NCBI GenBank assembly: GCA_963774895.1
Contig: CAVZGN010000002.1
Coordinates: 258,091-322,090 of the forward strand
Length of the DNA: 64,000 nt
Direction: 5' to 3'
Source: an uncultured Pseudomonadota bacterium
GTDB lineage: Bacteria > Pseudomonadota > Gammaproteobacteria > Natronospirales > REEB76
Below, piece after piece: positions 57,901 through 64,000 of the stretch. The number at the start of each line of letters is the position of its first letter. Positions within the stretch are counted from its first letter, which is position 1. The notes under the pieces were generated by a model, which did not search any database, was not told the DNA's origin, and saw only the letters and a program-made list of their open reading frames with translations. The position numbers and the translations under genes were made by a program.

Positions 57901-58074
57901 CCTACCGCCCAGCAACAGGCCATGTATGGGGTACTGCGCGCGAACCTGGATGCGGCGCTGGCTCGCTGGAAGACGTTGCGTGACAAAGACATCGCGGAGT
58001 TCAACGCCAGGATGCAGCAGGCGGGTATTGGTTATCTGACTGTGAGTAGCGCGTCATCCACTGGCGGCAGGTGA
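54901..58074 (+). CDS. BNR/Asp-box repeat (sortilin/VPS10-like, GH74-like double beta-propeller) secreted protein
   Basis: Signal peptide, then more than 10 Asp-box motifs (S/T-x-D-x-G-x-T/S-W: STNAGQTWQ, STDGGQTWK, STDEGLTWK, SDDGGENWE, SVNGGDTWS, SDDAGMSWT, TRDGGKHWQ, SFDGGRNWR). Confidence 0.85.
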   Translation: MLHRVARRAAILSATLVLSATALAPSVSAADATGPYAGLVWRSIGPSRGGRTLAVAGVAQQPDVFYFGAVVGGVWKTEDAGASWTPIFDKQPIASIGAIAVAPSDPNVIYVGSGESALREDISFGDGVYKSTNAGQTWQHLGLTDTRHIGKIIVDPNNPDIVLVAAVGHAYGPNAERGVFRSTDGGQTWKKVLYQDEHTGAVDLSFSPDNPRIVYAATWQVQRSPWHLESGGPGSGLYKSTDEGLTWKRLEGHGLPAGVWGRLGVSAAGNDRVYSVIDAKDGGLYRSDDGGENWERVSSDARLTERPWYFSRVYADPSNPNVVYVANTGFYKSIDAGATFHMLRAPHGDNHGLWIDLADSTRMIIGNDGGASISVNGGDTWSTQLNQPTAQFYHVAVDERFPYYVYGAQQDNESVAIASRSDYGSIDAHDWYVVSDNESGYVVPDPTDPETVYSGSYFGILTRYNRHTGQFQDVSPWPFDADGHPAAEMQYRFTWTMPQVFSPQDPKVMYFGSQYLLRSDDAGMSWTAISPDLTRDDNSKQGVSGGPVTLDDASAEYYDLIYSIAPSPLAAGQIWVGTDDGLIQLTRDGGKHWQNVTPKGMPAWAKVSLIEASHFDAGTAYVAVDAHKLDDFQPYIFVTHDYGRSWMRADQGISAPAFVRAVREDPVQKGLLYAGTETGVYVSFDGGRNWRSLQLNLPVTSMRDLVVKDGDLVVATHGRGFWILDDILPLREIAAGVNPDSDHLYATRTAVRLHSVDDGSLPYESVGENPPAGATLYYSLATNTKTEVLVEISDATGKVIRTFSSTPKPVENDHPLEFPTEKHEQPEPLETSPGLHRLAWDLRYMAPSDIPGAYYDSGSPVSPMVLPGTYTVTLKIGDKNFSQPLTVITDPRVQVTAEALRQQFDLMMKLDQALAEDHAAANAIRGVREQLDNLQHRLAGRTDALGVISAANELDAKLVDSLENFYQYRAHAEESQLNYPTQLNSQLAYLEVLVDSADGAPTAQQQAMYGVLRANLDAALARWKTLRDKDIAEFNARMQQAGIGYLTVSSASSTGGR

Positions 58075-58086
58075 CGCCAAGCTTCC

Positions 58087-59091
58087 GTGGCAAAGCCAAA
58101 CCCGTATTACGACAGCCGCAAGCCGCATCACACGCTCACCGGCTTCCGCAATCTGGATGCGGATGTGCGCATCGGCGGCGATCTGCGGCGCTGGCGGCGA
58201 GAGCGCCGCGCCGCCGGTCTGCCGAGACCGCCCGCGGAAGGCTATGACGCCTTCGCCCAGCGCTGGCGGGTACCTCCGGATTTTATGTTGGGTGCGTCGG
58301 CTGCGTCACAACCCGCCGTGTGGTGGCTCGGTCATGCCACCGTGTTGGTGCGCGTGAACGGCCTGCACATTATCACCGACCCGCATCTGAATCATCGCGC
58401 CTCACCGCTTCCATTTTTAGGTCCGGTGCGGAAAGTGGCGGCGCCGGCGAGCGCACACCAACTGCCGAAAGTCGACGTGATGTTGGTATCTCACAGTCAT
58501 TACGATCATCTGGATGTGAAGACTGTTAGGCAACTGCTACGGGCCAATCCAGCCATCCGATTTTTCGTCCCGCTAGGTCTCGCGCCCTGGTTCAGGGCTC
58601 ACGGCGTCTCGAGCGTACAGGAACTGGACTGGTGGGACCGGCGCGAGTATCGGGAACTGGAGATCCATTGCGTGCCGGCACAGCACTGGAGCGCACGCAC
58701 GCTATTCGACCGCAACCGCACCCTGTGGTGCGGCTGGCTGGTGCGCGCACCCGGATTCAGCTTTTATTTTTCCGGGGATACCGGCTACACGCCGCATCTC
58801 GCCGAGATCGCCGCACGTTTGGGTCCGCCAAACTTTGCTGCATTGCCCATCGGCGCTTACGAGCCGCGCTGGTTCATGCGCGGCCAGCATGTAAGTCCCG
58901 AGGAAGCGGTGCGCCTGCATCGCGAACTCTGCATCCGCCAGTCGCTGGCGATTCACTGGGGTACATTTGAGTTGGCGGACGATAGCCTCGACGATCCCTT
59001 GAGTGCGCTCGCGCACTCGTTGGCCGAACAGGAGGTGCGGGAAAGCGAATTCTGGGTCCTGCGGCAGGGAGAGTCGCGGCTTATTGCGTGA
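58087..59091 (+). CDS. MBL-fold metallo-hydrolase (NAPE-PLD-like)
   Basis: 334 aa with a GTG start and the metal motif VSHSHYDHLD. The later blocks FSGDTGY and PIGAY are typical of this MBL subgroup. Confidence 0.85.
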   Translation: MAKPNPYYDSRKPHHTLTGFRNLDADVRIGGDLRRWRRERRAAGLPRPPAEGYDAFAQRWRVPPDFMLGASAASQPAVWWLGHATVLVRVNGLHIITDPHLNHRASPLPFLGPVRKVAAPASAHQLPKVDVMLVSHSHYDHLDVKTVRQLLRANPAIRFFVPLGLAPWFRAHGVSSVQELDWWDRREYRELEIHCVPAQHWSARTLFDRNRTLWCGWLVRAPGFSFYFSGDTGYTPHLAEIAARLGPPNFAALPIGAYEPRWFMRGQHVSPEEAVRLHRELCIRQSLAIHWGTFELADDSLDDPLSALAHSLAEQEVRESEFWVLRQGESRLIA

Positions 59092-59143
59092 TAACCGGGA
59101 TATAGTGTTTTCAGGTTTGTATGCCAAAAAACTGAAGAATTTT

Positions 59144-60511
59144 ATGCCAACCGTCGCCAACCATCTGGATGAAGCCTCGATCGGAAAGGTGCACCGGCGT
59201 TCCGCCTGGGCCGCGGGGCTGGGAATCTTTCTCGACGGCTACGACATCTCCATCATCGCCATCGCACTGATCCTGCTAAAGCCGCAATGGCATCTGGGCC
59301 CATTGCAGACCGGGTTGCTGGGCGGTGCGGCGCTGGCCGGCGCTTTTACCGGCAGCCTGTTGGGTGGGCCGCTGGCGGACCGCTTCGGCCGCAAGGCGAT
59401 CTATCTACTGGACATGGCCACCTTCCTGATCGCGGCGCTGGCCTCGGGATTCGCCTGGGATCTCACCTCACTGGTCGCGCTGCGTTTCGTGCTGGGCTTG
59501 GGCGTGGGCGCTGATTACCCCTTGTCGGCTACCTATCTCATCGAATTCCTGCCACGCGCGCGCCGCGGCCGTATCACCGTGTGGGTGTTCGCTCTGTGGA
59601 TGGGCGGTGCCGCGGTCTCGAGTGCCGTGGGCTTGGCGTTGCTGCCGCTGGGTGAACATGCCTGGCGCTACATGCTGGCCTCGGGCGCCATCCCAGCACT
59701 CGGCATCCTGTGGCTGCGGAACAATCTGCCGGAATCGCCGCGCTGGTATCTGCGCCGCGGCCGCATTAAAGAAGCGGTGGCAGTGCTCGCACAACTGGTG
59801 CCAGCGCTCGGTGACAACGAACGCCGTGACTTGATCGCAGCGGAGCAGCAACACCAGCAAACACCCCTCGCCACCTGGCTGGAATTATTCTCGCCGGCTT
59901 ATATAAGACGCACGCTGTTCGTTACCCTGCCCTGGTTTCTGTTCGACATCATGGGTTACAGCTTCGGCATCTACGCACCATTGCTGTTGTTAGGGCTGGG
60001 ATTGCACGGCAATGTGCAGTCGGTGATCGGCAACACACTGCTGGATGTGGTGGCGATCATCGGCACCGCGTTGCTGGCCGTTAGCATCGAACGCGTCGGC
60101 CGGTTGCGCACGCAGATCTGGGGTTTCGTGGGCTCGGTGATCGGCTTGCTGCTGGTGTGGGTGTTCGCCTTGCACGGTCCACCGCCGTTGGCAGCGCTGG
60201 TGGTGGGGCTCTTGTTGTGGCAGGTAGCCATCAGTTACGGCCCAGCTAACACCTGCTGGATATTTCCGGTGGAACTCTATCCCACGGAATTACGCGCTTC
60301 GGCCCACGGTCTGGCCACCGCCGTGTCCCGGGTGGGTGCATTGATAGCGGTATTTTTATTGCCACTGGCACAGGAACGCCTCGGTGAGGCCTGGCTGATG
60401 TTGGTATTCGCGGCCACCGGCATCGCCGGTGCTGTGCTGTCTGCGTGGCTGGGTGAAGAAACGGCGCAGAAACCGCTGTTGCAGGAAGCAGCGGCTTCCA
60501 GCACACATTAA
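59144..60511 (+). CDS. MFS transporter, sugar-porter-like
   Basis: 12 TM with GPLADRFGRKAIY, PESPRWYLRRGR and FPVELYPTELRA signatures. Start moved to 59144, outside the MBL gene. Confidence 0.88.
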   Translation: MPTVANHLDEASIGKVHRRSAWAAGLGIFLDGYDISIIAIALILLKPQWHLGPLQTGLLGGAALAGAFTGSLLGGPLADRFGRKAIYLLDMATFLIAALASGFAWDLTSLVALRFVLGLGVGADYPLSATYLIEFLPRARRGRITVWVFALWMGGAAVSSAVGLALLPLGEHAWRYMLASGAIPALGILWLRNNLPESPRWYLRRGRIKEAVAVLAQLVPALGDNERRDLIAAEQQHQQTPLATWLELFSPAYIRRTLFVTLPWFLFDIMGYSFGIYAPLLLLGLGLHGNVQSVIGNTLLDVVAIIGTALLAVSIERVGRLRTQIWGFVGSVIGLLLVWVFALHGPPPLAALVVGLLLWQVAISYGPANTCWIFPVELYPTELRASAHGLATAVSRVGALIAVFLLPLAQERLGEAWLMLVFAATGIAGAVLSAWLGEETAQKPLLQEAAASSTH

Positions 60512-60546
60512 ATCCGAGATTCTTGCCTCAACAATTCGAATCGGAT

Positions 60547-61203
60547 TCAACCCGGCACGTGCGCCGTTGTACGCCACAGATAAACCAGAAACAGTAGAGC
60601 ACCGACGCACTCGGCGGCCACAAACGCCGGCAAGTTGGCCGGGTTGATGCCGGTAAAGCTGTCGGTGAAAGTGCGCGCCAGTGCCACCGCTGGATTGGCA
60701 AACGAAGTTGAGGAGGTGAACCAGTAAGCCGCCGCGATGTAGCAACCCACCACGGCCGGCACTGCGTCCGGGCGTTTGCTGGAGGTGTGATGGATCACCA
60801 GCAGCAGCCCGAAGGTGGCGATCAGTTCCGACCAGGCAAGCGCCAACCCAGGGCGTGGTTTACTGGCCACTTCCAGGATCGGTATGCCGAACATGGCATG
60901 GGTGGCAAACACGCCGAGGATGGCGCCGGCAAATTGTGCGACCACATAACCTGGCAGTGCCTTCCAGGACAAATCGCCGCGCACGCACATCAAAAGACTC
61001 ACCAGCGGATTGAAATGCGCACCTGAGATCGGAGCGAGAGCGGCGATCAGCGCCAGCAGTCCGGCGCCGGTGGCGGTGGAGTTCACCAGAAGTATCAGCG
61101 CCTGGTTACCGCCGGCCAGGCGCTCACCCATAATGCCGGAGCCGACCACCACAGCGAGCAGAAATGCCGTACCTAGTACTTCGGTGAAAATTTTTTCACC
61201 CAT
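60547..61203 (-). CDS. MIP-family channel (aquaporin/aquaglyceroporin-like) in an ars operon
   Basis: 218 aa, six TM. The first half-helix motif is SGAHFNPLVS (NPL, not NPA) and the second is ANPAVALAR. It begins 2 nt after the arsC stop. Confidence 0.85.
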   Translation of the reverse strand: MGEKIFTEVLGTAFLLAVVVGSGIMGERLAGGNQALILLVNSTATGAGLLALIAALAPISGAHFNPLVSLLMCVRGDLSWKALPGYVVAQFAGAILGVFATHAMFGIPILEVASKPRPGLALAWSELIATFGLLLVIHHTSSKRPDAVPAVVGCYIAAAYWFTSSTSFANPAVALARTFTDSFTGINPANLPAFVAAECVGALLFLVYLWRTTAHVPG

Positions 61204-61205
61204 GT

Positions 61206-61706
61206 TTATTTTTTACCAATATTTTTCAAATGCTTCTCAAGGCTGAGCTTGTCGAGTTTATCCAACGACAGGCAGGCGAACAGTTCGATACGCCGGCTGA
61301 GTACCATCAACGCATCCCGGAAAGCGCGGCGCTGCTGCTCCTTGGTGCCTTTAACTGCGGCTGGGTCCGGCACGCCCCAATGGGCGGTCATGGGCTGGCC
61401 CGGCCAATAAGGGCAAGGCTCCTTGGCGGCTTGATCACAGACGGTGAACACAAAGTCCATCTGGGGTGCGCCGGGTGCAGCGAATTCATCCCAGCTCTTA
61501 CTGTACAGACCGGCAATTGGAATGCGGCTCTTTTGCAGCAGTTCCAGCGCCATCGGATGCACTTGGCCTTTCGGATGACTGCCGGCGCTATACGCCTTGA
61601 AGCGTCCGCGATTCTCGGCGGTGTTGTTCAGGAAGGCTTCCGCCAGGACTGAACGTGCTGAGTTCCCAGTGCACAGGAACAGGACGTTATAGGGTTTGTC
61701 AGCCAT
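61206..61706 (-). CDS. arsC: arsenate reductase, LMW-PTPase (thioredoxin-coupled) type
   Basis: P-loop LCTGNSARS (C-x5-R-S) plus a downstream Cys pair VCDQAAKEPCP. The start ATG overlaps the arsR stop (ATGGCTGA). Confidence 0.9.
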   Translation of the reverse strand: MADKPYNVLFLCTGNSARSVLAEAFLNNTAENRGRFKAYSAGSHPKGQVHPMALELLQKSRIPIAGLYSKSWDEFAAPGAPQMDFVFTVCDQAAKEPCPYWPGQPMTAHWGVPDPAAVKGTKEQQRRAFRDALMVLSRRIELFACLSLDKLDKLSLEKHLKNIGKK

Positions 61707-62082
61707 GTTTAATTGCCCGGTGGGCTGCAGGTTTGCGTGAGACACGGGCGACTGGTGCCGCTGGTTTACTTGCAGCCGTGACCGCAGGCAAACAGGCCGC
61801 GCCCTGGCAGCAGTTTTCCGTCAGGTAAGCAATCAACGCGTTCATAGAGGCATAGTCCGCTGCGTAGTTGATGGTGCGGCCGTCACGCTGTGGGCTTACG
61901 AGACCCGCATGCCGCAATTCCTTGAGATGGAATGAGAGCGTCGCCGGGGCCAGGCCCAGCTGTTCACCCAGTGTGCCGGCCGGCAGACCCTCGGGGCCGG
62001 CAGGCACCAGCAGACGGAAGATCGCCAGGCGGCTGTCGTGGGCCAGTCCGGCGAGCACCTGGCGGGCGGTTTTTGTTTCCAT
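61699..62082 (-). CDS. arsR: ArsR/SmtB family metalloregulator
   Basis: Winged HTH (LAHDSRLAIFRLL...LSFHLKELRHAGLV). There is no CVC in helix 3, but a C-terminal Cys triad ENCCQGAAC is present. Confidence 0.88.
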   Translation of the reverse strand: METKTARQVLAGLAHDSRLAIFRLLVPAGPEGLPAGTLGEQLGLAPATLSFHLKELRHAGLVSPQRDGRTINYAADYASMNALIAYLTENCCQGAACLPAVTAASKPAAPVARVSRKPAAHRAIKHG

Positions 62083-62089
62083 ATTTCCA

Positions 62090-62103
62090 ATATTCTCGAA
62101 TAT
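62090..62103. promoter_or_regulatory. perfect 6-2-6 palindrome ATATTCtcGAATAT just upstream of arsR; candidate ArsR operator
   Basis: Read directly from the sequence. It lies 8 nt upstream of the arsR ATG, in the divergent arsR / BNR-2 intergenic region. Confidence 0.35.
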
Positions 62104-62236
62104 ATAGTAGAGGTGTCAAGGGCGCAGGTAGCTGGCGAAAGATTCGCCAGCGCGCAACTCGGCGCTAAACGTGTAAAACTTATGCCCCAGCTTAATGGTC
62201 CCAAGTCCGCATCACCCAATAATCCGGAGATTTCCA

Positions 62237-64000
62237 ATGAGCCTGCGTGCCTGGTTGCTTTTGTCCCTCGTGTGCTTCGGCTGCCTTTCTGCCCCCCTGC
62301 AGGCAGCCCCGATCAGTCCTTCCATGTATTCGAATCTGCATTGGCGCATGCTCGGCCCGTTCCGCTCCGGACGGGTACTGGCGGTGGCGGGTGTACCCGG
62401 TGAACCCAATCATTTCTATTTCGGTTCCGTGGACGGCGGCGTGTGGGAGACCCATGACGCTGGCCGCACCTGGACGCCGATCTTCGACCAGCAACCCGTG
62501 GGCTCCATCGGCGCGATTGCCGTTTCCACTTCCGATCCGAAAGTGATCTACGTAGGGTCCGGCGAAGCCGACATGCGTTCTGACATCGGCTATGGCAATG
62601 GCATGTATAAATCCACCGATAGCGGCCAGAGCTGGTCGCACATCGGCTTGTCAGACACACAACAGATCGGCACAGTGCTGGTGGACCACAAGGATTCCAA
62701 TATTGTGTATGTGGCGGCTCTCGGCCACGCCTATGCGGCCAATGCCGAACGTGGTGTGTTCAAGAGCAGCGACGGTGGTAAGTCCTGGAAGAAAATCCTG
62801 TTCAAGGACGACGATACCGGCGCCATCAGCCTGGCTTTCGGCGGCACCGATCAGACTATCTTCGCAGCGCTCTGGCAGACGCGCCGCCCACCCTGGAATG
62901 TCTATCCACCTTCCAATGGTCCCGGCAGCGGCCTGTATGTGACCCATGACGCCGGCGACCACTGGGTCCAGATCAGGGGCCGCGGATTCCCGGACAAGGG
63001 CATGGGCCGCATCAGCGTGGCGGTCTCCCCCAGCAATCCGCAGATCGTGTATGCGCTGGTGGATGCCACCAAGGGCGGGTTGTACAAATCCGTCGATGGT
63101 GGTGTCAACTGGACGCAGGTATCGGATGACAAGCGCATCTGGGAGCGCGGCTGGTATTTCAGCGGTATCAGTGTGGATCCCAAGAACTCCGAGATCGTGT
63201 ACGTATGCGACACCATCATTTTGAAATCCACCGACGGCGGTAAGACCTTCCTGCCTTTCAAGGGTGATCCCACCGGCGATGACTATCACAGCCTGTGGTT
63301 CGATCCGGACAACAGCGCCCACATGATCGTGGGTTCCGACCAGGGTGTGATCATCACCCTCAACGGTGGCCGGACCTGGTCGAGTTGGTACAACCAGCCG
63401 GTCGCCCAGATCTACCACGTGACTACCGATAACCAGTTTCCTTACTGGGTGTACGGCTCGCAGCAGGACTCGGGCGCGCTGGCTCTGCCGAGCCGCACCA
63501 ACAGCGGTGATGGCATCGGCATGATGCAATTCAAAGAAATCACCGCCGGCGGCGAGAGCGGCTACATCGCGGTGGATCCCAGGAACCCGAATTATATTTA
63601 CGGCACCGGCTACGACGGTGGTGTCGACCGGCTCGATACCGGCACCGAACAGACCCAGAGCGTGGGGCCCACGCTCGCCTATCCCGGGCAGTACCGCCGG
63701 GTCTGGACCATGCCGCTGGTGTTCTCGCCGGCGGATCCCAAGGCGCTGTATTACGGCAACCAGAAACTGTTCCGTACCACGGATGGCGGCCAGCACTGGA
63801 GCCTCATTAGTCCGGATTTGTCGAACCCGGCGCCCGGGATACCACCCAACCTGGACCCCATCACCGCCGTCGATTCTGCCGTCAAGACCCCACGCCGCGG
63901 CGTGATTTACAGCATAGCGCCCTCGCCGCGCCAGCAGGATTTCATCTGGGTCGGTACCGACGACGGGTTGCTGTGGGTGACCAACGACAGCGGCCAGCAT
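62237..64000 (+). CDS. BNR/Asp-box repeat (sortilin/VPS10-like) secreted protein, paralogue 2; 3' end beyond the window
   Basis: ATG at 62237 behind GGAGA, with the frame open to the window end (588 codons). Its translation MSLRAWLLLSLVCFGCLSAPLQA...GGVWETHDAGRTWTPIFDQQPVGSIGAIAVSTSDPKVIYVGSGE is collinear with the 54901 protein. It is absent from the ORF track because it has no stop in the window. Confidence 0.85.
   Translation, partial: MSLRAWLLLSLVCFGCLSAPLQAAPISPSMYSNLHWRMLGPFRSGRVLAVAGVPGEPNHFYFGSVDGGVWETHDAGRTWTPIFDQQPVGSIGAIAVSTSDPKVIYVGSGEADMRSDIGYGNGMYKSTDSGQSWSHIGLSDTQQIGTVLVDHKDSNIVYVAALGHAYAANAERGVFKSSDGGKSWKKILFKDDDTGAISLAFGGTDQTIFAALWQTRRPPWNVYPPSNGPGSGLYVTHDAGDHWVQIRGRGFPDKGMGRISVAVSPSNPQIVYALVDATKGGLYKSVDGGVNWTQVSDDKRIWERGWYFSGISVDPKNSEIVYVCDTIILKSTDGGKTFLPFKGDPTGDDYHSLWFDPDNSAHMIVGSDQGVIITLNGGRTWSSWYNQPVAQIYHVTTDNQFPYWVYGSQQDSGALALPSRTNSGDGIGMMQFKEITAGGESGYIAVDPRNPNYIYGTGYDGGVDRLDTGTEQTQSVGPTLAYPGQYRRVWTMPLVFSPADPKALYYGNQKLFRTTDGGQHWSLISPDLSNPAPGIPPNLDPITAVDSAVKTPRRGVIYSIAPSPRQQDFIWVGTDDGLLWVTNDSGQH

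Noticed and set aside
59003-59143. The longest-ORF start of the sugar-porter MFS gene.
   Set aside because: The extension overlaps the end of the MBL hydrolase gene and is Arg/Cys-rich nonsense. The ATG at 59144 precedes the first TM helix.

Overview
This is a high-GC (by eye roughly 60%) proteobacterial, probably gammaproteobacterial, chromosomal segment. It is mostly housekeeping genes, with several small accessory or scarred patches.

Core genes recognised from the translations:
- The 3' end of an S41 C-terminal processing peptidase, then yibQ-like, uvrD, a LOG-family gene, pip and dtd.
- A divergent HisA-like TIM-barrel gene directly upstream of tatABC.
- An EamA transporter and a yadGH-like ABC-2 exporter.
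- A VapBC toxin-antitoxin pair and a lemA-TPM-TPM operon.
- An ACT-domain malic enzyme.
- The Pseudomonas-like block algZ/fimS-algR-hemC-hemD-hemX-hemY.
- speA, glnB, ubiK, comM/yifB, cytochrome c5 and tRNA-Arg(CCG).
- ppx/ppk1 next to an AcpA-type phosphoesterase and a di-haem peroxidase.
- An arsR-arsC-MIP channel arsenic operon.

Observations most worth a second look:
1. Two tandem paralogous multi-pass membrane proteins with a C-terminal GAF-like domain and no recognisable output domain. They share a conspicuously conserved nucleotide block.
2. A tRNA-Arg locus littered with tRNA fragments, followed by a low-GC orphan patch.
3. A REP-like palindromic repeat family (CTCTCCC..GGGAGAG + GGTGAGGG). 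Copies sit inside the lemA operon and next to an IS110-family transposase remnant.
4. An orphan minus-strand terminator that closes an ORF-free gap, marking a candidate sRNA or leader.
5. An ars operon that uses a MIP channel with an NPL/NPA motif pair instead of ArsB/Acr3.
6. An orphan 500-aa alpha/beta-hydrolase fusion beside VapBC.
7. Several decayed or catalytically altered paralogues: a HisA-like protein, a Cys-less AhpD/CMD-like protein, and truncated GGCT and DUF4124 genes.

I see no CRISPR array, no rRNA and no intact mobile element. I cannot point to a clearly novel multi-gene system with confidence. All family assignments rest on motif recognition by eye, without database searches.
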